From a virus (lineage: Duplodnaviria; Caudoviricetes), in IMG/VR virus record IMGVR_UViG_3300026085_000093, positions 160,001 through 224,000 of that record: 64,000 bases of DNA, one strand, 5' to 3'. Positions 48,013 through 57,722 of this stretch are shown here, piece after piece. The translations under genes and the position numbers were made by a program. Position 1 is the first letter of the stretch; every line of letters begins with the position of its first letter. Below the pieces are notes generated by a model. The model had not been told where the DNA came from. It made no database searches and was given only the letters and a program-made list of their open reading frames with translations.

Positions 48013-49119
48013 ATGGCTGATCAAAAAATGCTGAACATTTTACAAGGTTTTGACAGCGTTGAAAAGAAAACTTTAAACGAGTCATTTGTTGTAGAATGTC
48101 CACCAGATATGACAGAAGCAGAAGGCCCACTAACAATTAATATTTCTGGTGATACAGAATCGATGGCACAAGTAATGCAAGCACTAGCAGGCATTAAAGG
48201 TGGATCAATGCGTATACCAGCAGCAATGGACGATGATCCAAATATTCCAGGTATCGATGATGTACCAGACGATATGGATTTAAAAGCAGGAATGTTAGGT
48301 AAATTAGGCGGCGCAGCCGTTGGCGGATTAGCAGGCGGTGCATTAGGCGGACTACCTGGTGCAGCATTAGGAGCATTAGGCGGCGCAGCAGCAGGTGACG
48401 AGATCACAGATGTAGATTACGACGATCCAAACATTCCAGGAAGAGATGGAGATCCAGATGATCAAGACCTTTCAGCAGGTGCAATTTCGGACTTTGCAAA
48501 AGGTGTAATGGACAAAGGTGCAGAAATTGGTAGCAACGTTGGAAAATCAGTAGGTCAAGCAGCAGGCGCAGCAATTGGTGCTACAAAAGCAGGACCATTG
48601 GGCGCAGCAGGTGGTGCATCAATGGGTGCTACAAAAGGTGCAGAAATTGGTGCAAAAATTGGTAAGTATGCTCCAGCGGCAGCAGCAGCAGGCGCAGGCG
48701 CAGCAGGCGCAGCAGCACTAATGAGAAAAGACAAAGATGAAGAATCAGTTGAAGAATGGGAAAACACTCCAGCAGGTTCAGAAGGTGAAGAGTCATACAT
48801 GGATACACAGTATATGACAAAGGCTCTTTCGAGCGGTCTTAATAGATCTAAAAAAATGTATAAGCCAGCAGCAGCAGGGGATAATCCAATGGCAACAGAA
48901 ATGAAGTCTAGGTTACTAGCAGCATTAAATGAAAAGAAAAATAAACTTGATCCAGTTGGTAAAGAAGACGATGATGTTAACAATGATGGTAAAAAAGATA
49001 AAACTGATGACTATCTAAAAAATCGTCGTGAAAAGATAGCAAAAGCTATTTCTAAAGACAAACCACAGAAAAACGAACAAGAAGCATTGAACTTGCTAAC
49101 AAAACTAGCAGGTCTTTAA
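48013..49119 (+). CDS. Putative internal head/core protein with glycine-zipper-like segments
   Basis: Two DDPNIPG.D..PDD.DL.AG repeats followed by Gly/Ala runs; C-terminal [19 protein letters not shown] motif; ends LAGL. Confidence 0.55.
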   Translation: MADQKMLNILQGFDSVEKKTLNESFVVECPPDMTEAEGPLTINISGDTESMAQVMQALAGIKGGSMRIPAAMDDDPNIPGIDDVPDDMDLKAGMLGKLGGAAVGGLAGGALGGLPGAALGALGGAAAGDEITDVDYDDPNIPGRDGDPDDQDLSAGAISDFAKGVMDKGAEIGSNVGKSVGQAAGAAIGATKAGPLGAAGGASMGATKGAEIGAKIGKYAPAAAAAGAGAAGAAALMRKDKDEESVEEWENTPAGSEGEESYMDTQYMTKALSSGLNRSKKMYKPAAAGDNPMATEMKSRLLAALNEKKNKLDPVGKEDDDVNNDGKKDKTDDYLKNRREKIAKAISKDKPQKNEQEALNLLTKLAGL

Positions 49120-49134
49120 GTCCCCCCAGACATC

Positions 49135-49159
49135 AATAGCGCCTTAGGGCGCTATTTTT
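49135..49159 (+). terminator. Rho-independent terminator
   Basis: AATAGCGCC-TTAG-GGCGCTATT followed by T tract. Confidence 0.85.
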
Positions 49160-49174
49160 GTGGCTAAATATTGT

Positions 49175-50761
49175 ATGAGCAAATCACTTGATGGCGTATT
49201 AGTCAAAAAGGCTAATAAACAAGAAACATATACCGAATCACAAGTACAAGATTTAATGCAATGCATGGATCCTGATTTAGGGTATCTATACTTTGCCGAA
49301 CACTTTGCCTACATTCAGCACCCTGTAAAAGGCAAATTGTTATTTGCACCGTATGAATATCAATTACGATTGATGAATAGTTATCATAGTTATAGATTTA
49401 ATATCAATATGATGCCTAGACAAACAGGCAAAACTACTTGTGCAGCAATATATCTTGCGTGGTACGCAATGTTTAATCCAGATCAAACTATTCTTATTGC
49501 TGCACACAAATACACAGGTGCGCAAGAAATTATGCAACGTATTAGGTATGTATATGAACTTTGTCCTGATCATATTAGAGCAGGTGTTGTATCCTATAAC
49601 AAAGGCTCAATAGAATTTGAAAATGGCAGCAGAATAGTAAGTCAGACAACAACAGGCACTACAGGGCGTGGTATGAGTATTTCATTACTATACTGTGACG
49701 AGTTTGCATTTGTGCAACCTAACATTGCAGATGAATTTTGGACTTCGATTTCACCTACACTTGCAACAGGCGGTCGTGCTATTATTACAAGCACACCTAA
49801 CTCAGACGAAGATACATTTGCTAATATTTGGAAACAAGCAGAAGATAAGTTTGACGAATTTGGAAACGAAAGCGAAACAGGTAGAAACGGATTTCATAGT
49901 TTTCTTGCTAGTTGGGACGAACATCCTGATCGTGATAAAAAGTGGAAAGAAGACGAAATTGGACGTATAGGAGAAGAACGTTTTCGTAGAGAATATGGTT
50001 GTGAATTTTTGGTATTTGATGAAACACTTATATCAAGTTTACACCTTGCAACTATGGAAGGTATTTCACCTACTATCAACATGGGGCAAACACGTTGGTA
50101 TAAAAAGCCTAGTGCCAAATATAACTATGCTATTGCATTAGATCCATCAATGGGCACAGGAGGTGATAACGCAGCAATACAAATCGTAGAACTACCTACA
50201 TATGAACAAGTAGGAGAATGGCAACACAATACAACAGGTATTCCAGGACAAATTAGAGTTCTTAGAGATATTTGCACGTACTTAGAATCAGAAAGAAAAA
50301 CTGATAACGGTATATATTGGAGCGTTGAAAATAACGGATTAGGCGAAGCAGCATTGCTTGTTATTTCTGATCTAGGCGAAGATCAAATACCTGGACTGTT
50401 TATAAGTGAACCTATTAGAAAAGGCCACGTTCGTAAATTCCGCAAAGGATTTAACACAACGCACAGTGCAAAAGTTACTGCATGTGCTAGAATGAAAACT
50501 ATGATAGAAAACAATAAACTAATTGTTCGTAGCAAACCATTTATATCAGAACTAAAAAACTATGTTGCAACAGGAAGCAGTTATCAAGCAAAGCCGGGTC
50601 AAACAGATGACTTAGTAAGCAGTATGTTACTTGCTTTACGAATGATAAATGTAATGAAAGATTGGGATGTAAACATTTACAATTCTTTTTCACAAATGGA
50701 CGGACCAGGAGAAGAAGACTATGAAATGCCGATGCCTATCTTTATTAGCAGCAACTATTGA
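49175..50761 (+). CDS. gp17: Terminase large subunit (T4 gp17-like)
   Basis: Start revised to ATG 49175; MPRQTGKTT Walker A, LLYCDEFAFV Walker B, IITSTPN, FRREYGCEF, nuclease ALDPSMG and DDLV. Confidence 0.96.
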   Translation: MSKSLDGVLVKKANKQETYTESQVQDLMQCMDPDLGYLYFAEHFAYIQHPVKGKLLFAPYEYQLRLMNSYHSYRFNINMMPRQTGKTTCAAIYLAWYAMFNPDQTILIAAHKYTGAQEIMQRIRYVYELCPDHIRAGVVSYNKGSIEFENGSRIVSQTTTGTTGRGMSISLLYCDEFAFVQPNIADEFWTSISPTLATGGRAIITSTPNSDEDTFANIWKQAEDKFDEFGNESETGRNGFHSFLASWDEHPDRDKKWKEDEIGRIGEERFRREYGCEFLVFDETLISSLHLATMEGISPTINMGQTRWYKKPSAKYNYAIALDPSMGTGGDNAAIQIVELPTYEQVGEWQHNTTGIPGQIRVLRDICTYLESERKTDNGIYWSVENNGLGEAALLVISDLGEDQIPGLFISEPIRKGHVRKFRKGFNTTHSAKVTACARMKTMIENNKLIVRSKPFISELKNYVATGSSYQAKPGQTDDLVSSMLLALRMINVMKDWDVNIYNSFSQMDGPGEEDYEMPMPIFISSNY

Positions 50762-50772
50762 TAAATAATACT

Positions 50773-52179
50773 ATGCAGAACTTTGACAACATAGCATCTG
50801 ACCTATTTAATAAAATCAGAGGTCGTTTTCCTAGCGTAACAATCGGCAACGAAAACGGCGAAATAACCAACGAACCAAAAGAAGCACGTTTTTTTGATTT
50901 TGGTTATTATAACGAAGGACGTGATTTAGGCAAGGTAAGTATCAATTTAGATACTGAAGACGGACTAGTGGTAATTGTAGGTAGAGACATTGTATCAAAT
51001 GAAGAGCAAAATGTACAAACAGAATGGTATAACTTTCTAAAAGAATTACGTACATTTGCTAAAAAAAGGCTTATGAAGTTTTCAGTAAGAGACATTAACA
51101 AATCAAATCTAAACAAAAGAGATTATGACTTTTTAGCCACAAATCGCAAATCGGAGAATCCCATGTCAGAATCGAGAATGTATGGAACTAACAAAACAAG
51201 TTATCAAAAAATAGGTAATGCAAGACTTGCTATTAAACATACAGCACCAATTGAAGAAGGCGAAAATCGTACTAAAAAAATTGGTGCTATTTACATTGAA
51301 AGTGCAGGCGGCGAAAGATTTAAATATCCTTTTAACCATCTAAGCGGTGCGAGAGCAATGGCAAGACATGTTAGTGAAGGCGGAAATGCTTATGATTCAT
51401 TTGGCAAATATATCTCCGGTTTGTCAGAAGAATTAAGTAAACTAAATTCATTTAAAAAGTATATGAATCGTTCAAGCGTAATGGCTGAAAGTTTAGCAGG
51501 CTATATGGATGTAGTAAGTGAAAGAGTAAACGAAGTTAGAAAAACAATTCAAAATTTACAAAAAGAATCATACTATTCACAGGCTGTAGAAAATTTTGTA
51601 GAAACAGAAGCAAAAGAAGTTCCAGAAGATATTGCAGATAGCTGGATTGATCAACTTACAATTAAGCAGTTCAACGAAGAACTAAAAGATGTATTTCCTT
51701 ATATCTATAACTTAGTAGGCGAATCAATGAAGCCAGAAGAATTAGGTCCAGATGATTTACTAGGCGAAGAAAGTGCTAGTGTAGAGGCTGAAGAACGTAA
51801 GGAAAAAGCAAAACAAGAATCAATCGATGATATGTTAGAAGCAGGAATTGCTGCCCTAATGGGACAATTTGCTGAAGGCGAAGATGATATGCCAACAATG
51901 ACTATTGCTCCGCCCGATCAAGAGCCTATGCAACAAAAACCAAAAACACCAATTGGAGAATTTATTCTAAGTTATTTTGACAGAGAAACAGGCAAATTTC
52001 CAAAAGGCGAGACAGCAGTATTAACTGCGGTGCAAAAAGATTACGGCGACGAATATGTCAAACCTGCCGCTAAAATGATTAAAAAAGTAGAGGCTATGGT
52101 TGCGCAACGTAAGGCTAACGAATTACGTAATAGTATGCATCCTGAAACAGACGCAATCAAAACGTTAGCAGGAGTTTAG
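50773..52179 (+). CDS. Conserved-looking hypothetical protein, probably virion/head-associated
   Basis: Start revised to ATG 50773 (5 nt after TAAATA); GERFKYPFNHLSGARAMARHV..GG motif; ends LAGV. Confidence 0.7.
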   Translation: MQNFDNIASDLFNKIRGRFPSVTIGNENGEITNEPKEARFFDFGYYNEGRDLGKVSINLDTEDGLVVIVGRDIVSNEEQNVQTEWYNFLKELRTFAKKRLMKFSVRDINKSNLNKRDYDFLATNRKSENPMSESRMYGTNKTSYQKIGNARLAIKHTAPIEEGENRTKKIGAIYIESAGGERFKYPFNHLSGARAMARHVSEGGNAYDSFGKYISGLSEELSKLNSFKKYMNRSSVMAESLAGYMDVVSERVNEVRKTIQNLQKESYYSQAVENFVETEAKEVPEDIADSWIDQLTIKQFNEELKDVFPYIYNLVGESMKPEELGPDDLLGEESASVEAEERKEKAKQESIDDMLEAGIAALMGQFAEGEDDMPTMTIAPPDQEPMQQKPKTPIGEFILSYFDRETGKFPKGETAVLTAVQKDYGDEYVKPAAKMIKKVEAMVAQRKANELRNSMHPETDAIKTLAGV

Positions 52180-52181
52180 AA

Positions 52182-52309
52182 TTTCTTACAAAAATTCTCT
52201 TATTATCGATCTACGCGAAAGATATTAAGACCTTTTTGTAGAAACAGTGACAGTGCCAGGGGCTCCCAACCGTCTGCTTAGGTGGACAAATGAGGCCCCG
52301 GCGCAGTCC
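52182..52309. ncRNA. Candidate structured RNA element (two long hairpins) upstream of the SSB promoter
   Basis: AT-rich hairpin 52182-52244 and GC-rich rod 52249-52308 (GTGCC/GGCGC, GGGGC/GCCCC, GTCTGC-TTAG-GTGGAC). Strand unknown. Confidence 0.45.
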
Positions 52310-52332
52310 AAGTTAAAAAATAAAAAAAACAG

Positions 52333-52361
52333 TTGACAAGATAAATAACTTTGTGTAGTAT
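52333..52361 (+). promoter_or_regulatory. Sigma70-type promoter with nested late motif for the SSB-uvsX operon
   Basis: A-tract, TTGACA 52333-52338, 17-nt spacer containing TAAATA 52342-52347, TAGTAT 52356-52361. Confidence 0.8.
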
Positions 52362-52422
52362 AAAGATAATGTGCTACACATAAAGGCACATAGAACATAG
52401 GCATATATAAGGAGGCATTACT

Positions 52423-53397
52423 ATGGCATCACTAGCAGAAATTCGTGCAAAGTTAAAAGAACAAGAAAATCGCCCAAGTGGCACGACATCAGGCGGCGAT
52501 AACGCAATTTACCCATTTTGGAATATCAAGGAAGGCGATAGTGTAACTATGCGCTTCTTGCCAGACGGCGATGATTCAAACACTTTCTTTTGGAAAGAAC
52601 GTTTGATGATCAAACTGCCGTTTGCAGGAATTAAAGGTCAAACTGATTCACGTCCAGTACAAGTACAAGTACCTTGTATGGAAATGTATGGCGAATCATG
52701 TCCAATCTTGGCAGAAGTTCGTGGTTGGTTTAAAGATCCAAGTCTTGAAGATATGGGTCGTAAGTATTGGAAAAAACGTTCTTATATCTTTCAAGGATTT
52801 GTATCAGATAATCCATTGGCAGATGACAATACTCCAGAGAATCCAATTCGTCGATTTATTATTGGTCCTCAAATCTTTCAGATCATTAAGCAGGCTCTTA
52901 TGGATCCTGATATGGAAGAATTACCAACAGATTATACTGCTGGTGTGGATTTCCGTCTTAATAAAACTTCAAAAGGTGGTTATGCTGATTACGGTACATC
53001 AACTTGGGCACGTAGAGAGCGTCCACTAAGCGATACTGAAATGGCAGCAGTGAACACACACGGCTTGTTTAATCTCAATGACTTCCTACCTAAAAAGCCA
53101 GGTGAAGTAGAAATTAAAGTTCTTACTGAAATGTTTGAAGCAAGCGTTGACGGTGAAGCATATGATGCAGATCGTTGGAGCAATTACTTCCGTCCAGCAG
53201 GTATGTCAGCAGCAACAGGTGATCCAAATGTAGCACCTGCTAGTCCTGCACCACAGCCAGTAACAGCACCTGCTCCAGTAGCGGAAACTGTAAGTGACAC
53301 TGGTTGGCAAGATCCTGCTCCAGCAGCAGCACCTGCACAAGAAAGCGGAAACGCACAGGACATTCTTGCAATGATCCGTGCAAGACAAAACCAATAA
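52423..53397 (+). CDS. gp32: Single-stranded DNA-binding protein (T4 gp32-like)
   Basis: TMRFLPDGD, VPC.EMYG..CPI, YWKKRSY, DYTAGVDFRL.K...GGYADY..S.W. Confidence 0.9.
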   Translation: MASLAEIRAKLKEQENRPSGTTSGGDNAIYPFWNIKEGDSVTMRFLPDGDDSNTFFWKERLMIKLPFAGIKGQTDSRPVQVQVPCMEMYGESCPILAEVRGWFKDPSLEDMGRKYWKKRSYIFQGFVSDNPLADDNTPENPIRRFIIGPQIFQIIKQALMDPDMEELPTDYTAGVDFRLNKTSKGGYADYGTSTWARRERPLSDTEMAAVNTHGLFNLNDFLPKKPGEVEIKVLTEMFEASVDGEAYDADRWSNYFRPAGMSAATGDPNVAPASPAPQPVTAPAPVAETVSDTGWQDPAPAAAPAQESGNAQDILAMIRARQNQ

Positions 53398-53411
53398 TAT
53401 AGGAGACAAAG

Positions 53412-53603
53412 ATGCAAGTATCTGACAAACTAAAATCTATTGACAATTATTTCAGTGTGAATATTCTAGATAACGGATATTTCATTGAAGTCTCGGGTAG
53501 AAATCATGAAGATGATTATGCTACAGCCAAAGTAATGTACAATACTGCCGATGAAATGATCGAAGGTGTACGTTCACTTACATCAATGGACTTGGGTGAC
53601 TAA
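53412..53603 (+). CDS. Small hypothetical protein
   Basis: 63-aa ORF with AGGAG SD, coupled to uvsX by TAATG. Confidence 0.75.
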   Translation: MQVSDKLKSIDNYFSVNILDNGYFIEVSGRNHEDDYATAKVMYNTADEMIEGVRSLTSMDLGD

Positions 53604-54685
53604 TGGCAATTAAGGCATTTGATCCGAGTAAATTCCGTAAAGACTTGACAAAGTCAATTAGCGGAATGAGTGCAGGTTTCAATGATCCGACTGATTGGAT
53701 CAGCACTGGTAACTATGCACTCAACTATTTGATCTCAGGGGACTTCCATAAGGGAGTCCCATTGGGAAAAGTTACTGTTTTCGCTGGCGAGTCTGGCGCA
53801 GGCAAATCTTACATTTGTTCAGGCAACATTGTTAAGGCTGCACAAGATCAAGGTATCTTTGTAGTTCTTATCGATTCTGAGAATGCACTCGACGAGTCAT
53901 GGTTGAAAGCACTTAATGTAGATACAAGTGAAGAAAAATTACTTAAACTAAACATGAGTATGATCGATGACGTTGCTAAAACTATTTCAGTATTCATGAC
54001 AGACTATAAATCTATGGCAGAAGAAGATCGTCCAAAGGTACTATTTGTAGTCGACTCATTAGGTATGTTACTAACACCTACTGATATTGATCAGTTTAAC
54101 AAAGGTGATATGAAAGGTGATATGGGTCGTAAGCCTAAGCAATTGACCGCACTTGTTCGTAACACTGTTAACATGATCGGTAGTTGTAATGTAGGCTTAG
54201 TATGTACTAATCACACTTATGCATCACAGGATATGTTCGATCCAGATGATAAGATCAGTGGTGGTCAAGGCTTTATCTATGCATCATCTATCGTAGTAGC
54301 AATGAAAAAATTGAAACTAAAAGAAGATGAAGATGGTAATAAAGTTAGCGAAGTACGTGGTATTCGTGCAGGTTGTAAGGTAATGAAAACACGTTACGCA
54401 AAACCTTTCGAAGGCGTACAAGTAAAGATTCCATACGAAACAGGTATGAATCCTTATAGTGGACTTGTTGATTTGTTCGAAGCAAAAGGCATGATTGAAA
54501 AACAAGGCAATAGATTAAAATATACAACAAGCACAGGCGAAGAATTGTTAGAATATCGTAAAAACTGGAAAGGCGAATTACTCGACAGGGTCATGACGGA
54601 TTACCTCGAAAAAGAACGTAATGTGGTAAATACCGGCACTACAGAAGAAGTAGATGACCACGAGGAGTTAGTCGAAAATGAATGA
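53603..54685 (+). CDS. uvsX: RecA-like recombinase (UvsX)
   Basis: FAGESGAGKSY Walker A, LIDSENALD, VVDSLGML, VCTNHTY, SGGQGFIYASSIVV. Confidence 0.95.
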   Translation: MAIKAFDPSKFRKDLTKSISGMSAGFNDPTDWISTGNYALNYLISGDFHKGVPLGKVTVFAGESGAGKSYICSGNIVKAAQDQGIFVVLIDSENALDESWLKALNVDTSEEKLLKLNMSMIDDVAKTISVFMTDYKSMAEEDRPKVLFVVDSLGMLLTPTDIDQFNKGDMKGDMGRKPKQLTALVRNTVNMIGSCNVGLVCTNHTYASQDMFDPDDKISGGQGFIYASSIVVAMKKLKLKEDEDGNKVSEVRGIRAGCKVMKTRYAKPFEGVQVKIPYETGMNPYSGLVDLFEAKGMIEKQGNRLKYTTSTGEELLEYRKNWKGELLDRVMTDYLEKERNVVNTGTTEEVDDHEELVENE

Positions 54686-54899
54686 AGAGCAGGCATGCGA
54701 CATTTGGGACGTTTTTAAGATACACTTAGACAAAAAAGAAATAGAAGCCGCTGCAGAGCGATATGTTGATCTTTTAGTAGACTACGGGTTTGATGATGTG
54801 CAATTAGAAGAAATTCTAGGGCACGATAAAGTATTAGACAACGCTATCCTTTATTTCCTTGAAATGGATGAAGAAGATCAAGATGATTATGAGGAATAG
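54678..54899 (+). CDS. Small acidic hypothetical protein
   Basis: 73-aa ORF between uvsX and uvsY with GAGGAG SD. Confidence 0.7.
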   Translation: MNEEQACDIWDVFKIHLDKKEIEAAAERYVDLLVDYGFDDVQLEEILGHDKVLDNAILYFLEMDEEDQDDYEE

Positions 54900-54901
54900 A
54901 T

Positions 54902-55357
54902 ATGGGATGGTACTCAGAAGTATCAAGAAATATTTCTAAAATTCCAGACGCAATTTTGTACTTTGAAAAAGAGTTACAAGATGCACGTCAAGAATGTAAA
55001 CTTGTAGGAAATGTTGAAAAGTCAGCAGCAGCAATGCCTGGTATTGTTGAACATAGATTTAATCAACTTCAAGAAATTGAAGCAATACTCAACTATCTAA
55101 ATATTGAGCTACGTAGATTGCGTAGCTCATTTTTCAAAAAATATCTTGAAAATTATCAACGTGCGCTATCAAGTCGCGATGTTGAAAAATATGTCGACGG
55201 CGAAGCAGATGTTGTAGACTATGAAAAAATTATTAATGAATTTGCATTAATGCGTAACAAGTGGTTAGGTGTTTTAAAAGCACTTGATCAAAAACAATGG
55301 CAAATCACTAACGTTGTAAAGTTACGTGTAGCAGGTATGGAGGATGCAACACTTTGA
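54902..55357 (+). CDS. uvsY: Recombination mediator (UvsY-like)
   Basis: FFKKYLENYQRALSSRDVEKYVDGEADVV and KALDQKQWQITN..KL motifs; position after uvsX. Confidence 0.8.
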   Translation: MGWYSEVSRNISKIPDAILYFEKELQDARQECKLVGNVEKSAAAMPGIVEHRFNQLQEIEAILNYLNIELRRLRSSFFKKYLENYQRALSSRDVEKYVDGEADVVDYEKIINEFALMRNKWLGVLKALDQKQWQITNVVKLRVAGMEDATL

Positions 55358-55914
55358 CTGCAACTGAATGGTTTTATAAAGAAATTGGTAAAGATATCAA
55401 AGATGGATATTTTATTGAGATTGGCGTAATGAATGGCAAAACTCAAAATACTACAAAAGTTTTAGAATTCAAAGGATGGAAAGGTTTACTAATTGAACCT
55501 GTTCCTTCAAATGTAAGAGCAATTAAGAAAAATAGAACAACACCAGTTATTCAAGGTGCTGTGTGGAAAGAAGATGGGTATGTTGATATTATCGACGTAG
55601 GAGTAAGAGGACACACAGGTATAAAAGAAACACATGCTTATCCTGAAAAAGCAATTAAAACAATAAAGGCAAAAAGTTATAAATTTAGTAGTTTGCCTAT
55701 TCCTAAACATATCAACTACTTGCAAATTGATACAGAAGGTAGTGAACTAGAAATACTAGGTGCTATTGAAGATGATTATACAATAGATTATATTTGTATA
55801 GAAGATAATGCAGGTGTACAAAATAATGATAGTACATATCATAATTTTATGACTGATTGGGGGTATAAATTAATTTTTTCTGTCGCACAAGATAAAATTT
55901 ATTGGAAAGGTTAA
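55354..55914 (+). CDS. FkbM-family methyltransferase
   Basis: FIEIGVMNG...NT..LE..GWKGLLIEP, YLQIDTEGSELEIL..I. Confidence 0.85.
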   Translation: MTATEWFYKEIGKDIKDGYFIEIGVMNGKTQNTTKVLEFKGWKGLLIEPVPSNVRAIKKNRTTPVIQGAVWKEDGYVDIIDVGVRGHTGIKETHAYPEKAIKTIKAKSYKFSSLPIPKHINYLQIDTEGSELEILGAIEDDYTIDYICIEDNAGVQNNDSTYHNFMTDWGYKLIFSVAQDKIYWKG

Positions 55915-56885
55915 TTGTATCTTTCCATATCTGCTTGTACCATCATTGTAATTAATTCTTCAAAACTTACACTAGGCTCCCAGCCTAGTTTTTCTTTGGC
56001 TTTTGTACTGTCGCCTTTTAGATAATAAAGTTCTGCAGGTCTTACAAATGCAGGATTTGTTACGATTTTATCTTCCCAATTATCTATTCCAGCAGCACTA
56101 AATGCAGCATTACACAATTCTTTAATGCTCCAAGTTTTGCCTGTTGAAATTACATAATCTTCTGGTGTATCTTGCTGCATCATTAGCCACATTGCTTCAA
56201 CGTAATCACCTGCAAATCCCCAGTCTCTTCTAGGATCTAAATTTCCTAATTCAATTGTATCTTGTAGTCCTGCTTTAATGCGAGCGACACCGTCTGTAAT
56301 TTTACGTGTAACAAATTCTTTACCTCTAATAGGCGATTCGTGGTTAAACAAAATGCCACTAGTTGCGTATAAACTATAACTATCTCTATAATTTACAACC
56401 GCATTGTGTGCAAATACTTTACTAAAACCGTAAGGTGATCTAGGACGCATAGGTGTAAGTTCGTTTTGTGTATGATTATCTTCATAACTATTGCCATACA
56501 TTTCGCTTGTGCTTGCTTGATAAAATTTTGTATCAGGTGAATGTTGTCTCAAAGACTCCATGATATACAATGGACCCATTGCATCAACATTTGCTGTATG
56601 GATTGGCTCTTGCCAACTTAGACCTACAAAACTCATGGCTGCAAGATTATAAAATTCGTGCGGTCTAGAAACTTTAATAGCATGATTAACACTACTAATA
56701 TCAGTTACATCGCCATGTACAAATTTAATTTTTCCAGTGATGCCTAAATAATCAGTATTTGAATAATTTTGGTTGACTCGTCTACTTGCAAAACCATATA
56801 CTTCATAGTCTTTTTCTAATAACAGTTTTGCTAGATAAGCACCATCTTGTCCTGTGATGCCTGTAACTAATGCACGTTTTTTCAT
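55911..56885 (-). CDS. gmd: GDP-mannose 4,6-dehydratase
   Basis: ALVTGITGQDGAYLA, YNLAAMSFV..SW, FYQASTSEMYG, PRSPYG, GILFNHESPIRG.EFVTRKI, RDWGFAGDYV. Confidence 0.96.
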   Translation of the reverse strand: MKKRALVTGITGQDGAYLAKLLLEKDYEVYGFASRRVNQNYSNTDYLGITGKIKFVHGDVTDISSVNHAIKVSRPHEFYNLAAMSFVGLSWQEPIHTANVDAMGPLYIMESLRQHSPDTKFYQASTSEMYGNSYEDNHTQNELTPMRPRSPYGFSKVFAHNAVVNYRDSYSLYATSGILFNHESPIRGKEFVTRKITDGVARIKAGLQDTIELGNLDPRRDWGFAGDYVEAMWLMMQQDTPEDYVISTGKTWSIKELCNAAFSAAGIDNWEDKIVTNPAFVRPAELYYLKGDSTKAKEKLGWEPSVSFEELITMMVQADMERYN

Positions 56886-56913
56886 GTTATGCTCCGAACT
56901 TTTAATACGCAGT

Positions 56914-56930
56914 TATTTATTTACTAAATA
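56914..56930. promoter_or_regulatory. Divergent late promoters (gmd versus glycan operon)
   Basis: TATTTA at 56914-56919 and 56918-56923 (minus-strand TAAATA) and TAAATA at 56925-56930. Confidence 0.7.
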
Positions 56931-56957
56931 TACGTACTTAATTGAATAAGGATTCTC

Positions 56958-57722
56958 ATGCGAACTTATAGAGTAGTTACATCACAACACGAACCGTACT
57001 ACAATCAAATCGGAAAAGATTGTATTACTAGTTTTTTAGAATATTGGCCTGAAAATATTTCAATAGAATTATGGGCTGAAGGGTTTGTACCTGACATTGA
57101 TAATCCTAGATTGATTGTAAAAGATTTTGAAAAGGTTCGTAATGACTTAGATAAATTTTTAGAATTAATATATCCACATGTACCGCATGATCCTAAGGGA
57201 AAAGATTTATTTTCTAGATACAAATTTAGTTGGATTAAAGGCCATGTAATTACAGCAGCATTACAAGAATGTGAACAAGATGTTTTTATATGGTTAGATA
57301 GTGATGTAATTACCAATAAAAAAATACCTTTAGAGTTTATAGAAAACTTATTACCAGAAGACACACTTTCTGTTGATATTCCAGCAGGCGGCAAAGTAAA
57401 AGGAAAAGAAGCAGAAACTGGATTTTTTATGCTTAATATGAAAGATAAAAATATACAACATGTTATTGACTTTTACAAATTGTGTCATAATTCCCTACAA
57501 ATATTAAAAGTAAGTAGGAGACTAGATACAGGTGTATGGTGGACTGCTATACATACTGCTGAAAAGAAAGGCTCTAAATTAAAACATCTTGCAACAGCAG
57601 TTGATAGTATTGTACCTTTTATGCACACAGAATTAAAAGAATATTTAAGACACTGGGTAACGAAAGCTAACAAGAGTAACTATCAAAAAGGTAAAGAAGT
57701 TACCATAGAGGAGAAATTATGA
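56958..57722 (+). CDS. Nucleotide-diphospho-sugar transferase (GT-A, DxD)
   Basis: VVTSQHEPYYNQIGK..I.SF, VFIWLDSDV, EAETGFF; paralogue of the partial ORF at 63483. Confidence 0.65.
   Translation: MRTYRVVTSQHEPYYNQIGKDCITSFLEYWPENISIELWAEGFVPDIDNPRLIVKDFEKVRNDLDKFLELIYPHVPHDPKGKDLFSRYKFSWIKGHVITAALQECEQDVFIWLDSDVITNKKIPLEFIENLLPEDTLSVDIPAGGKVKGKEAETGFFMLNMKDKNIQHVIDFYKLCHNSLQILKVSRRLDTGVWWTAIHTAEKKGSKLKHLATAVDSIVPFMHTELKEYLRHWVTKANKSNYQKGKEVTIEEKL

Noticed and set aside
53440-53467. Possible internal sigma70 promoter (TTGACA...TATTCT) in the small gene before uvsX
   Set aside because: 16-nt spacer without extended -10, inside coding sequence, in AT-rich DNA where chance matches are common.
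49160-54685. Inteins or introns in terminase, UvsX, portal or capsid genes
   Set aside because: Lengths and motif spacing are continuous; no C...HN intein ends or homing-endonuclease ORFs.
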